Positions 16,132-48,837 of a stretch of 64,000 nucleotides of DNA are shown here, in pieces (position 1 is the stretch's first letter; each line of letters opens with the position of its first letter). Below the pieces are notes generated by a model. The model was not told where the DNA came from and did not search any database. It worked only from the letters and a program-made list of their open reading frames with translations. Source of the DNA: the human T2T-CHM13v2.0 reference genome, Homo sapiens. The DNA is taken from NCBI RefSeq assembly GCF_009914755.1, contig NC_060925.1. The stretch is one strand, 5' to 3'. Position numbers and translations under genes: made by a program.

Positions 16132-16269
<138 letters not shown>

Positions 16270-16464
16270 TAAAGACTACTTTAATTTTTTATACTAAAGA
16301 AAATTTCCCAGTAGAACTTTAAAAGCTGTTTTTCAGTTCATAAATGTTGCATGGCTTAGACAAAAAAAGACAAAATATATCTAAGTTTTTTAAAGTAATA
16401 ATCCTTATCAGTGAATTTTATTCTATTGGTTTTATTTTAACTTTTTTATTTTACATTATGCTAG

Positions 16465-16560
<96 letters not shown>

Positions 16561-16596
16561 TAAAATTTTTTATGAAACTAGAGCGATTAGATTTAA

Positions 16597-16836
<240 letters not shown>

Positions 16837-19650
16837 GTTGCTAGACACTGCGAAACCAAGCTGACTCACAAGAAGACCTCTTAAAAATAGCAACCCTTCA
16901 TTTGCTCTCTGTGCCACCAATAGCTTCTGAGTTTTTTGTTGTTGTTGTTTTTATTGAAACACGTGAAGATTTGTTTAAAAGTACCATTCTAATACTTCTT
17001 CAAAAGTGGCTCCTCATTGTACTTCAGCGTAAATATGAGCACTGGAAACAGTTTCATGGAGTTTAAGTTGAGTGAACATCGGCCATGAAAATCCATCACG
17101 AATACTTTTGGATCAATAGTCTATTTTTAAAAAGAAAGAAAAAAACCACTTTTTTATAGTCCCTAGCTTTGCCATATGCCCGCCTTAAGTGGAAGGAAAG
17201 TTAATCACTTAACTATGTTTTATAAAAAGAAAAAAGGGCTTGGAATGCTATTACTGTTCACACAAAGTATGATTCTGTTTGAATAAGGCAAATGCTCCTT
17301 TTTTTAAAAAAAAAGACATTACTGTAATATCAAAAACCGTGGCAGTTTGTATACAACTCGGGGCTTGATTTTTTTTAAAAAAACAGAATGAATTGATGTC
17401 TTATTTTATAAATGTTCTATATTTATTAGGAGAAAACTTTATATTGCCTTTTTTATCAATCATGTAACAGGCTTATAGCTTTCCAACAGAGCTGCTTGCC
17501 AAACAATTTTTTTTGTTTATTAAACAGTGCTGAAACAAACAGGATCAGCATTTACTTAAGATGTTAAGAATGAGGACTTTTAATCAGCCGAACCAAGATA
17601 TTGTTACCTGTATGCATTCCCAAAGTCTAGATGCTCAGTATGTTCAGTCATATCTTTCAGAATCAGTGAACCGATTACCCTTTTTTTGGTATTCACTCTA
17701 CATCTGCCAACCTAGTTCACCTTGGTTTTGTGTCTGCTGTAGAAGGGAACCATAACTTGGTTAAACCGTAGGGATTATCATTGTATACATGCTGTGAACA
17801 TGTATATGTGCAAGTTTTAATGTATTCTATGTTGTAGGCTTATTATTTAATTTTACCACTTCATCACTTTTGTACAGTGGCCAAGCAGACACCTCAAACT
17901 CCAGCATTTACATTAAGTGCATTTGTACATTTTAGGCCACTGGATCCAGATTTTATATTGGCAGTTATTGAGGGCAAAAGCAATATATTGTAACAGAATG
18001 TATAAATATTTTTGATAAAACAGTCTATATTTTATTAAAAAATGAATTATAACACTAAAGCTGTACCTCAAAAGTCTCAAAAATAATTTGATGAAATATT
18101 TTATACAACTCTTCAAAGGATCCGTCTGTGGCTTTTTATACTCTTTTAGGGTTGTCTTTTTACAAACCATGACTTTCCACTTGCCTGTAGTTTTTTGTTT
18201 GTTTTGGTTTGGTTTGATTTTATATTTTTTTCTCCTAATCTATGACTTTATTGTTTTTTCTTAGTTTAGTAATAGCATCTTTGATCCTGTGCTTAGCATG
18301 TTAGGGTCATTATACCTCAGGAATAGCAAGCTGTTAAGTAACCATACTGAATTAACTATTTAATTACAGTGAGCTCATCTCTTAAAAATTGTTCAGGTGT
18401 AAATCTTATGAGAAACATGAAAAAGCACACTGATTTATGGAGAGTTGAGCTAAAAACATTTATAAATATTTGCTGGGATGTTTTAGCATCTTTTCATTGT
18501 ACTCTGAGAACAATTAAAATTGTCCAGAGATCATTTATATTACCTTCCAAATTGTTTATTACCCAAGATCCTTTGGGAGAAAATCTTATAGAATGGGGGA
18601 ACAATATGTGGTTTAAAGTTATTTTAAAATGCCAGTTAATTTCCTCGGCAAAGGACAATAGAGGAACTTAGCTTAATTGTCTGGCTTTAATTTAAACTGT
18701 GTTAATACAACATTAAAATAAAACACTAAATACTTTTGAGGTACAGTCTGCTCACTTTTTTGGTTCTCAAATAGCAAAGAAAGTAATGTCTAAAATAGGC
18801 TCTTAGCATTAAAAACTGACAGCATTTTGTAACTACACAGTGTACAGAATTTTTTTTTAATTGAAGTCAATCACTAAAAAAATTAGAAGGCAGGGTCTAT
18901 TTACACAATTAAGCTGAAGAAAGCACTAATTTTTTGTAGTTTAAAATATATATATATTTTAGTCAGATTTAAAATTTTAAGCTTTATAGAGTGTAAATAT
19001 ATTTTGCTATTACTGTATGTGTATGTGACTGCTCAAGCACTTTGTAAAGAAATTAGGATATTTTAGAATGGTACACTATGCATTCAAATGAAATGTGCCT
19101 TTCACTATGTCATTCTAAGAAAACAAGTGTTTTTTGCAGTCATAAATTATCACAAATGCACAAATTAAAGTCTATATAGATTGAAATTTGTAACTTTGGT
19201 TTTAAGTATTCTTTCCTTTTAGAAACTTCCTAATGATTAAAATATACTTTAACTTTTCTGTGTTCAAAATCTCAAAGACTAATTAACTTTAATAAACATT
19301 CTTGCAAGTACTTTTTGTCCTAGTGAAGGCTTAAAACCATGAACATTCAGAGCAAACTGTCCACTTCATTGGGAATAATGGGAAAAGTTTGTATTCTGCT
19401 CCTGTAAGGTCAGTAGCATCTTTTATTTGAAGCATATTTATGGACTGCTTACTGTGTATAGATACTGAGAATAGGAAGTTTTTTTTTTTAAAGCAACAAA
19501 ATGTTGATGAATGAAGAACAGCCTGTTTTAATTAAGATGCAAGCACCAGTATTGTATGTACTTTTCTCTTGTTTGAGGTTAGCTTATTTTAATTTAGGAC
19601 CTGGCTTCTCAAAAAGGCAAATGAATAAAACAGAATACTAGTATTTTATA
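16837..19650 (+). other. PKN2: PKN2 3' UTR (probable extent)
   Basis: Repeat-free AU-rich stretch after the stop; AATAAA at 18717, 19291 and 19624. The exact end is inferred. Confidence 0.7.
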
Positions 19651-20660
19651 GTAATCTTACTTAAAAATTACAAATGGAATATTTTAGAAATATAAAATGA
19701 TCCATGCTCTCCCTGTAACACAAATTGAGGACATAATGGAAATTGCAATCATATATTGACTTGGTAAATCTGCTGTACAGATTCAAGTCTAACAAGATTT
19801 TTGCAAGTACTGCCAGTATTCCCAAAGCCACTGAAGGAGTAAGTATGAAAAATCCAAAGAAGCAAATACTAATCCACAGATCATAACCTTAATTTAAATT
19901 TAGAATTCTTATTTACCTTCCAGCCATCTTTTGAGGTCTAGGGTTTTTCTGAGATACTGGCTTTATACATTAGTATGATGGGTAGAGGCTTTAAAGTTAT
20001 TAAAAATAATATGTATACATATACATATAAAATTAGTGGAAGACCGTCAATAAGATACGTAATTTGAGGTATTGATGATCTCAATAAAGGTAAGAGTGGT
20101 CTCTGGCAACCCTTCACCCCAAAACAAGCAAACAAACTTGAGCAGAGTCTGGACAAGTTAGGGCTTCAGCACCTAAGAGTTAGAGTGGGAGTGCTCAAGC
20201 ACAAAAGTAGGAATATTGAGAGAACTGGAAGCTGAGTCTACAGAGTATGGCAGAGTAGCAGGAAGTTGGAAAAGATAGGAGTCACAATGGCAAGGAGCAG
20301 GTTTTGAAAATGCAGGCACCCAAGAGAAGTGGGGTTACCAAGGATAGATTTCTCTAGCAACACAATTTTGAGGATAGCAAACCTTGCAATAGCATCAGGA
20401 CTTATCTTCTGTGCTTAAATCCTGTAGACGAGTTCATATTTTAGTTTGCATGTCACTCTTTCCCTGACAGTGGAAGGAAATATTCTCTGGATGGAAGCTT
20501 CTCCAGGTTGGGACTATCAGATTCCACAGATTAAGATCAAGTAATTCACTGTCAGAAATCCCTAACCACATGCGAGAGACAGCAAGTTACCTTGAATAAG
20601 AACCAACAGAAATATTAAATTTAGATATCCCTGTCAGAGATTTCGTACATTAGAATTATT

Positions 20661-20977
20661 AGCCAGGCACAATGACTCATGCCTGTAATTCCAACACTTT
20701 GGGAGGCCAAGGCAGGAGGATTGCTTGAGGTTAGGAGTTTGAGACTAGCCTGGGTAACACAGCGGGACTGCCTCTCTACAAAAAAAAAAAAAAAAAAAAA
20801 AAAAAAACATATAAAAATTAGTCAGGTATGGTGGTGTGCACCTGTAGTCCCAGCTACTTTGGAGGCTGAAGTCAGAGGATTGCTTGAGCCCAGGAGGTCA
20901 AGGCTACAGTGAGCTGTTATGCCACTGCATTGTATTTAGCCTGGGTGACAGAGCAAGTCCCCAACTTAAAAAAAAAA
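20661..20977 (+). mobile_element. Alu (AluJ-like) with expanded middle A-run
   Basis: GGAGGATTGCTTGAG, AGGTCAAGGCTACAGTGAG. Confidence 0.88.
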
Positions 20978-22249
20978 GAATTACCAGATACAAGTTATAG
21001 AATAGCTATATATAAAGTATATATACATATATATACCTAAAGCTATCAGTATAAACATGTAAAATGAACATTTTAACAAACATTTTTAAAATCCAAAAAT
21101 GAAAAATGTAATTGTTCTAATATGAAATTCAGTGGAAAGATTAAACAGCAGATTAGACAGTTGAAGAAAACTGAAGATTGGAAACTGAAAAGTCAATCCC
21201 AAATGAAGATGGGAAATATAAAAGGGAGATTAAGAGATACGGAAGATGGAATGGAGACTCGAGGAAAGAATGAGAGGCAATATTTAAAGACATAATGGCT
21301 GCAAGTTTCTCGGAGATGAAAAATATCCAAGCAGTACAATATTTCCCAAACAGGATAAATATAAATGTATGCGTAGAACCATTGTGAAATGGCAAATCAC
21401 CAAAGACAGCATTTTGAAACTATCCAGAGAAAAGGGACTAAATGTCTATAAAGGAAAGACACCAGCTCACCTCTCAATTGCAACAATGCATGTAGTGGAA
21501 TATTACCTTCAGAGTGTTGGGGAAAAAAAGGTTAACCTAGAATTACATAAAAATAAAATAATTTTCGTAAGAATTAGGGCATATAATATGTTTTAAAAGG
21601 GGAATGCTTGCTGCTTTAATGGACGTTCTGAATAATGTGCTTGAAGTAAAAAAATGATCCCAGAAGGGTAACACAAGATAAAAAAAGGTTTGTGATAAGT
21701 AAAATGGCAAACACCTAGGTAAATCTAAATAAACCAAAGAGATAAAAGAAGGAATTACTGGATTTTGAATTTTTTTGTTTTTTCTAAGCACAAATTCTAG
21801 ATAGCAGTAGCAGGAAAGTCAGGATAGTGAACACCAGAGCTACAGTATTGTGTAGTCTTTTTATTGTTGGAATGTTAAGGTATTGATTAACTTTAGATTT
21901 TAGGTTCACTGTGAAATGCCAAGGCTATTCACTATAGTGACTATAAATTCTAAACCAAAAGACAAGATGGTAGAAATTAATCCAAAGCACAATTAATGTA
22001 AATGGAGCAAACTCACTAGCTAAAAGCAGGATTTATAAGATTAGATTTTAAAAAGAAATCTGGTGGTATGATGTTTGCAAAAAGATACATCTGAAATAGA
22101 AGTATATGGAGAAGCTGAAAGTAAAAATATGAGGAAAAATATGTGATGCAAAATCCACTCAAGCTAAAGCTCTGGTAGCTTCACCTAATATCAAAGTAGA
22201 TTTTAGACACACCATGAAAACCTAAATGTCAACAAGAGGAGAGAGAGTT

Positions 22250-23690
<1,441 letters not shown>

Positions 23691-25083
23691 TTTCCCAATT
23701 CATTTTATGAAATCAGTATCTAGATAAAATAGATAAGAAAAGTACATTACTAGCAAATTTAATTTGGTATTGATGCAAAATAATAAAGTATTATCAAATC
23801 AGGTTCAGTGATGTTTGAAAAAGACATCAAATTGGGTTTATCCCAGGAATGCAAGGATGGCTTAAAATGATAAAGTCTGTACTTGCCATACTAACAGATT
23901 GAAGGAGAAAAAGTAAGGAAAAGCTAATCTCATATTTGATTTTAAAAAAAAAGGGTGGGGGGGGTTGAATTTCTTTAGCCTGATAAATTTTTTTTATATT
24001 TTTTAAAACCAAAAAACTAAAACCAATGACATTTCATATGAGGAAACATTGGAAGCATCCCCTTTAAAATTGGGAATAGGACTAGGATACCTGTCATTAC
24101 TACTTTTCAATATTGTACTTTGCTACTCTATGTGGCATAAGGATTCAAAGGGGGGAATAAACTGGCTACTATTTGCAGATGATATGATTGCCTACCTAGA
24201 AAACTCAAAAGACTGCAATTTGCTAGCAATAATGGTTTAACCAAGATACTGGATTTAAGGTGAAGACAAAAAAGTTGATGGTATGTTGATAACACTGTCA
24301 AACAATTAGAGGGCATAATATTCAAAAAACAACTTTTACAATGGTAACAAACTGAGTTACTTAAAAATAAATACAACAAAAGACATACAAGACCTGTAAG
24401 AAAAACCTTACTGGGAGACATTAAAGAAGACCTAAGTAAACATAGACATACCCATTTTATGATGTGATGTCAGTTTTCCTCAAATTGGTCTGTAGATTCT
24501 GTGTAACCCCAATCAGAATCCCAATACTTTTTGGGGAACTTTACAAGCTCACTTTAAAGTTCACATAGAAGAGCAAAGGATTAAGAATAGGAAATTCCTA
24601 AAGAAGAAAGGAGAATTTGCCCTACTAGATACCAAGACTTAAAAAGATATGGCAATTATTGTAGTAATTCTATTATGTAACTGTATTAATTAGATAAAAT
24701 TATGTAGCTATAAATATCAACATATAAGACTTAAAAGGTGTAGTATTGGTGCATATTAGAAATAGGACAAAACAGTCAAGGAGCAGGCCCACATGAATCT
24801 GGAATTTTAACATGTAGAAGAGACATAATCAGTGGAGGAAGAAGTAAGTGTTATATAAATAGAGTTAGGAAAATTATTCATGTGGAAATGTAAAAAGAAA
24901 TTGAATTCCCGTGTCACACCATACATAAACATCTCAGATTAAACAGGAAGTGTCAAAATCATTGAGGATATGTTACAAGAAAGCACTAAAATGCAAGAAA
25001 GACTGGTATATCCAACTATAATAAAATTAGGAACTTCTGTTTATTAAAAGACATCATAAAGTTAAAAGATAAGGCACAAACTG

Positions 25084-30162
<5,079 letters not shown>

Positions 30163-30976
30163 GCAATTAAATACTAATATCTTATAATTAAGTAGTCTCA
30201 TGTATATCATCTCATTTAATCCTCAAGAGTACTCCTGTGAAATGAGTAGAGTGCAGTTGTCCTGGCTCACATGGCTGCTAAATGGCAGAGCCAAGACCAA
30301 TCTCTTGCCTGGTGCTCTTTCTGCTACACTGCAAACCTTTTTAAAAATTGACTTTAAATTAGACCAGTCAACTTCCAAAAACATCAGATGAAAATAGATA
30401 AAAATTACAACTTTTTTTCAGGAATACTACATCGGTGGTATGGCATACTTCTTATTGCATCACATAAGTAGATATGTAATGTCAAATGTCTGTTATTTAA
30501 GTTCAATCACGTGGTTAAGGTGGATCACCAGAACTCTCTTTGTAAAGATATATTTTTCCTTTGTAACTAGTAAGCAATTTGAGATAATACTTGAGATTAT
30601 TTATTCTATTTCCCAAAAACCTTCCTTTCAGTGGTTTTATCCTTCCAATTATCTTCATCTGAATAAATCATTACATTGGGAGTTGCAAAATAATTTTCTA
30701 ACTCTAGTATTCCTTCTGTATTGATTAGCAGCCATTCTTAGCTTGTTCTCTCTTAAGCTTTTGCCTTTTCTCCCCTCAGTTTTTCTTTGCTTTTGTGGTT
30801 GGTATTGTTGTGTATTACTGTGAATGCATGGATTTTTAAATGTATTATACTTTTTTCTTGGATGCTTAGATGATCCCAAACTTTGACCCCATTGGTCTTT
30901 GAGTACCGCCTTGCTTTCTTAAACTACAAGATGTTCCAGGTGCACTTTATACAGTTCCAAGCAAACCTGGAGTTTT

Positions 30977-31808
30977 GTGAATTCAGTGAAGACTTCTTGG
31001 AGGTCTTGGTATTTAGACTGGCACTTGAATAGAACCTTTGTAATTTCCTGAATGATCATGGAGTCTGAAAGCTCCTAAATCCCTTGGAATTTTCTGGGTG
31101 ATGGGAGCATCTTTTGTCCTAATAAGATGATTCTTGGCAGGCTGCTGAATAGCCTCAGATGAGGGCAGGCTGCCTAGGGAACCAACCATGTGATTTGAGG
31201 GGTTAGTCCCACCTCCCCACCAACGTCCAGAGGTGCTGAAAGTTGATACCAACAGCCAGTGATGTAATCCATCTTGCCTCCATAATGAAGCCTCCATAAA
31301 ATCCCAAAAGGAGAGGCTTCAGAGAGCTTGCAGGCAGCTGAGCATGTGGAGATTCCAGGAGGGAGGTGTGCCTGGAGAGGCCATCAGTGCCCTTCCCACA
31401 TATTTGATCTATGCATCTATGTGTCTGTTCAACTGTATCTTTTGTAATATCCTTTATAATAAGCTGTTAAATGTGTTTCTGAGTCACATGAGCTGCCCTA
31501 GCTCAATAATGGAACCCAAAGAGGGGCTGGTGAGAGCCCCAACTTTTTGCCAAAGATATAGGTGACAACCTACTACTTGCAATTGGTGTCTGAAGTTGGG
31601 GGGGAGTTCTTGTGGGAATGAACCCCTAACCTGTGGGATCTGATGCATGTATCTCCAGGTAAACAGTGGCAGAATTGAATTATAGGACACGAAGCTGGTG
31701 TCTCCAGGAGAATTGCTAAGTTTGTGTGGGGAAATACCCCCACATTAGCGTCAGAAAAGTTGTTTAGTGGTGTGTGGGTAGAGGGAAAAAGAGGTTTTTT
31801 CCTCTCAG
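30977..31808 (+). mobile_element. MER21-family solo LTR
   Basis: Recalled MER21 motifs: CTCCTAAATCCCTTGGAATTT, CATAATGAAGCCTCCATAAAA, CCTGTGGGATCTGATGC, GAATTGAATTATAGGACAC; TG...CA ends. Confidence 0.75.
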
Positions 31809-31996
31809 AGTTCCTCCTCTTTGACCAAGTGCTAGCTTGAGCCTCCTGAAATGCCAGTTTAAATATTGCCCCAGAAATGCCAGTGAGGATTACGAATAGA
31901 AGTTTATGCTTATGAAAGATGCTGGGGCCTCTGTGGCCTAGAGATCAGCTGAATGGGGCTCTTGTAGTGATGCCTTACAATCTTGAGATTCTGATG

Positions 31997-32000
<4 letters not shown>

Positions 32001-32031
<31 letters not shown>
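32001..32031. repeat. (GT)n microsatellite
   Basis: About 15 perfect GT units. Confidence 0.95.
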
Positions 32032-32034
<3 letters not shown>

Positions 32035-32881
32035 CTGGGAAGGGAAGAATGAAGAGGTGTTCAGGGGATCAGAAGATCTTTCAATAGCTCCACGAGTGGC
32101 AGATGAGATTAAAACTCCAGCAACAGGAAAAGTCAGGGCCACTGACAATTGGAAATATTGGCATGAGGCACAGAGGCCTCTTGGCTGGATTAGGACCATA
32201 TGGGTAATAGGCTGACCCCCTCAGCTGTTCATCTTGATAATTAAAGTAAATCTTGCACCTGTGAAACAAAATTAGCTCAGAAACCAAACACAACCATTGG
32301 TAAAGTACATTTGTTGCTTTGAACACAAATGCTTACTATCAAGAGGCATCTAGTTTAAGCAGCATTTAAGTTTGGAGGAAAGGCTAAACAATTTCTGGCT
32401 ATTAACTCTTTGTCACCTGGGCTGATTTAAAGGTAATTCAAAAACTCTCAAAAGGTCTCAATAAGCCAGATAGAAGTTTTGCCTTTAAGTATTCTCTTTA
32501 GTAACTGAATGGAATTCTATTTGAAGGGTACAACTAAAGTTGGTCCTCAGGCAACCTCCTGTGAGGTGAGCTTCAATGGTATGGTTCAGTGGAAAGAACA
32601 CCAGATTGAGTGACTGAAACCTCAGTCCGTCTCATCTCTGCTGCTACTAAGAGAACTTGCGCAGATCTTCTCACTTCTCTACACTGCTCTGATATACCAA
32701 ATGGGGAGATTGGACCACAGCACTGAAGCTAAGATTTCATGAAACGTATAATCAAATCCTTGAACTCTCAGAGTAATAGCAGAGGTTATCAATGAAAGTG
32801 GCTTCCAGTGAATGTTTCAAATACCCAAATGGAAGGAACCAAATTCATGAATACTTCAACTGTTTAAAAATGCTAACATGT

Positions 32882-35840
<2,959 letters not shown>

Positions 35841-36309
35841 TGAAATGCTCTTTAGTCTATGAGTACACCAGTAAGCCTAACAAAGAAGAAAAAAGAACCA
35901 GGGATATGCAGATTCTATAACATAAGATTTTAACACCCAAAAATTAAAATCTGTTGTTCTACTGCTGCTTTTATCAGCATCATATTCTCTGCTCAATAAG
36001 CTCACTAAGAAAATCACATACTTAGAACATTTTAATGTCTCTCAAGCTGGTGCCTTTCAAGGCCCAAGCTCATCACTTCTTGTTTAATAATATACATAAT
36101 AAATCTCACATACACATCCTTTCAAACTGGAAACTATGATGTTGATGTTAACAATGGTTCTCAAAAGCTTTTGCTCTTTCCATAAATTTATTAAAATAAA
36201 AAACTATGTATATATAAGTAATGGAAATAAAGTCTATCAGCTTTATTAGCTGCAATGATTTGCATTATTTGTAATTATGTATCATAAGTTACATGTAACA
36301 TATAACAAA

Positions 36310-36593
36310 AACTTGAGTTTTGAAAAATGTTTTATTCAAGAATTACATAATTTCAAATATCTTCCAAAATACAGTTTCCTAGATTGCTACAAAAGAAATT
36401 TGATAAGAAATTTAAATCATTAAATATGTTTCACTAGTATATACATACAGAATGCCAAGCAATAGTATTCAGCCCTGGAATGCGTACCATGTCTTTTGTT
36501 TTTCCTCATGAAAGGCTCAACCCAGCATTTTGTATAGGCTATGTACAACAGGCAAAGTTTTGTATTCAAGAATTTGACGTTAGCTGCCTCAAT
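36310..36593 (-). other. GTF2B: GTF2B 3' UTR with poly(A) signal
   Basis: Minus-strand AATAAA at 36331-36336; further copies at 36242-36247 and 36187-36192. Confidence 0.7.
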
Positions 36594-36727
36594 TTATAGC
36601 TGTGGTAGTTTGTCCACTGGGGTGTCAAATTTGAAGTCTGTAGGAAACAGATCTGGGGCTCGAGGATAGATCAGTCTATAGGACTGTCTGATTGTAACAT
36701 CAGCAACACCAGCAATATCTCCAATTT
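36594..36727 (-). CDS. GTF2B: GTF2B terminal coding exon ([43 protein letters not shown]-stop); missed by the ORF track
   Basis: TTTTAG| acceptor at 36728, TAA at 36594-36596, TFIIB C-terminal helix-turn-helix sequence. Confidence 0.96.
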
Positions 36728-36903
36728 CTAAAAGACAAAAATCGAAACATTAACCATCATTTCCATCCTACCTCCTTTCCACTACCTGCATTGTAATTTG
36801 TGAGATATGATAGTATAAAGTGCCAAACTTAAAAACAAAACCAGAAGTGATTTCTAAAAACTGATAATAGAAATACATACTAAAAGGTAGAAAGCGGGAG
36901 CTA

Positions 36904-40484
<3,581 letters not shown>

Positions 40485-40589
40485 AAATGTGGGTTTCTTG
40501 CTATTTACCCGGTTCAGACTTAAAATGGAAAAACAATCACATGCTGCAAATTTCAGTTTACTGCCACACTTCCTGATGACGAACCCTAC

Positions 40590-40871
40590 CTTTTTGGGTC
40601 CTCTTTTCAGCTGATGCCTGTGAGGCCATGTAAATAGCTGCCGCTGCCACAGAGATGGGGCTCCTCCCAGGAACCAAGTCCAATTCCACAGCTTTACGGG
40701 CTATATGTGTAGCTGCCATCTGTACTTGTTTAGGAAGACAAAGGTTGGAACAGAACCTGGACATGAAGTCCCCAGTTGTAATCAAATCCACACTGGTTTC
40801 TAGCGCTTTCAAAATAAGTTTAAAACACCGACCAATTTCTTTCTTAGAAATTCGTGATACGGCACATATTT
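40590..40871 (-). CDS. GTF2B: GTF2B coding exon (cyclin-fold repeats: [17 protein letters not shown]...[26 protein letters not shown])
   Basis: TTTTAG| acceptor, AG|GTAGGG donor, 282 nt, phase 1-1. Confidence 0.97.
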
Positions 40872-41037
40872 CTAAAAGAAAAAAAATTAAATAAATCAAT
40901 TCACTTAAGCCATATAGTTCATCTTAAAATCTACCATTTCTAATTATAAACATAATATACATTCTAATTGTAAAACATTCAATCATACCTTAAAGATGAA
41001 ACCCTAATCATCTCAGTGATACTTCCCACAGAGTTAA

Positions 41038-43262
<2,225 letters not shown>

Positions 43263-43278
43263 AAAGCTAAAAACTTAC

Positions 43279-43408
43279 CTTTAAATGTCCTAGGAACCCC
43301 TTCTTGTCTACAGGCAATATAGAGACAAGCAGAAGCTATAGCATCATTAGCTCTTCCCTTCAGGCTCTTCTGTTCATATACTTGCTTGAATAAATTATTT
43401 GTTCGATC
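43279..43408 (-). CDS. GTF2B: GTF2B coding exon ([43 protein letters not shown])
   Basis: TTTGAAG| acceptor, AG|GTAAGT donor, 130 nt. Confidence 0.97.
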
Positions 43409-43536
43409 CTTCAAAGCAGAGAAACTAAGTTTAACTCTACGTCATTTAATTAGCTGCAATATCAAAATTTCATGTGTTCATTAAATTATGCAAAGTCAAT
43501 GCCAGAATGGCTTAAAGGAGGTAGACAAGAACTTAC

Positions 43537-43683
43537 AACTATATTTCGAGGTAGATTGATTCTGTCTGCCATGGTAGTGATTTCTTTGAATGCATTCATC
43601 ATTGCCCGATCAGAACTGCTCATTGTTCTCCGATTCTGGTACTTAGAATTGCCAAATTCGTCAAAACTTGCAGCTCCTGTGCC
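43537..43683 (-). CDS. GTF2B: GTF2B coding exon ([49 protein letters not shown])
   Basis: TTATAG| acceptor, TT|GTAAGT donor, 147 nt, phase 0. Confidence 0.96.
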
Positions 43684-43849
43684 CTATAAAACAGTTTTAT
43701 AACTATGAAAAAATTTTTTGGAAAGCATGAAAAATGGACAATTTCTATGAAAATATAGCTTACAAGATCTGATTCTACATAGACCAGAAATCTGAATTGT
43801 GCATCCTGCTCATCTATACTAAATGAACATGTAATTCTAACAACTGTTC

Positions 43850-45650
<1,801 letters not shown>

Positions 45651-45656
45651 CTATCT

Positions 45657-47051
<1,395 letters not shown>

Positions 47052-47377
47052 GAGAAGACATTCTTGATATTCAAAGAACATATCAATATTAACTCATGAA
47101 GGCCACACTACACTCATTTTTTGTGTGTACAGAAAATGTCATTTATGAAAAAAGGCCTGATATAAAGGCTTTATAATTTTGATTTAATGGTCTTCCCCAC
47201 TTTAAGATGGAATACACACACAAGTTAGCCATCATTCACAATGATATTACTGGCAAATCTTATTAGACAGGTCAAGATTCCCCACTGGTGCAGTGACTGA
47301 TACTTTTGCAAAGTTCCCAAACTCTCAGGTCTATGGTCACTCTGCAATTGGTATTTCCTGCCAAATGGACTTATTAC

Positions 47378-47511
47378 CTTGCCAATCATGGTAGACAAAT
47401 CTCCATCACTCAGAAGAGGATTCTGAGAATCTCCAACTCGAGATGGATCTTTTGTTGCTTTGTCATTGCTGAAAGTTCGCCATTCAGATCCCACATCAAT
47501 AACCCGGTCAC
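47378..47511 (-). CDS. GTF2B: GTF2B coding exon (B-reader/B-finger: [44 protein letters not shown])
   Basis: TTCTTAG|GT acceptor, AAG|GTAATA donor, 134 nt. The upstream Zn-ribbon exon is not in the window. Confidence 0.97.
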
Positions 47512-48837
47512 CTAAGAATATAAGCACATATCTGAATCATTTTGTCAAGATAGGGTTTACTTAACTACACTGTCCAATGCCCAACTAAGCCATTTTATTC
47601 CCAGGAAATCTCAACATGGACATCTAGGACCAAGCTTAAATATCACATTTCAGACATTTGTCCTAAAGCATTCCTTTAACTATTGTGCCAATCTAACAAT
47701 AATCCTCTTGAAACATTATGCTATGATATTCTAACTCTTGGAAGAAAAAGTATTAGTCAAAAGTAGCAAAGTACAGCTATTCATATGTGATGCAAAGGTA
47801 AACCAATGTAATAATGATTAAGAACCAGATTTTGCACAAAATTTGCAATAGGCATGGGAAAAAAAGAGAAAACATTTTTTAGAATGGTATTAATGCAAAT
47901 AATTTCATATTAAAATGTCACTAAGTTTGCGTGGGAAATGCTTCGCAGAAAATAAGCCTAAGCTTCTGTTTCAAAGTAACAATCTGATGAAAAACATACC
48001 TGGCCAAATAATTTATACAGAATAAACCTCAAGCCTAGAATCCGTGAGAAGAAAGCCTGGTAGGCAAACTTTTCTCTTTAAGCAAAGAGGCAGCATCTAA
48101 ATATATCATGTCCAATAAAAGCAGACACAAGTAAACCTTATTATTACTGTTTTGGTGAGAAAGCTCAATGTCTGGCAATACCTTCAGAGTAGACAAAAGT
48201 TAACACTGAATACTTAACACATACTACTCACTGTGCCCTTTTGTAAATGTTCTCACTTAATCTTCACAGCCTTATAAAGGTAGGTACCAATTTTATTGCC
48301 ACTTTACAAATAAGATTAACTAGCCTAAGATCACATAGCTAGAACTGAAACGCACATCAGAGTTTGTTCTACACTCCAATTGTAAAACATGACCTTTTTC
48401 AGTGAAGTGTGATGAAGCTGAAAGTAGGAAGGAACCAGACCATTTCATCTTTGTGTATACACAGCAAACAGAAAGAAACAAACGGCAGAAACCAGTTACT
48501 GTAGCAATTAGAAGTTACGGTACTAGCAGTCAATTAATATAATAGTCAGGGGTGTGAACTCTGCCCTTTGCTGCTTAGCCTTGGAATATTACTTCATTTC
48601 TATGTCTTTATTACCTCAGCTCTAAAATTCTCTTTAACCTCATATTTTAAAGATTATAAAGACTAAGCTATTATAATACCCATGTACAGTGCATGTAAAG
48701 TGCTTAAAAAGTAGTACTAAGTGCTCAATATTCACTATTTACTGCTATGAAAATTAGAAAGATAGCAAATATTCTGAGTTTCTCCTTTTTTGTGGGGATG
48801 ATAAGGGAGACGCATCAGTTTAAAACATTAATCTCCA

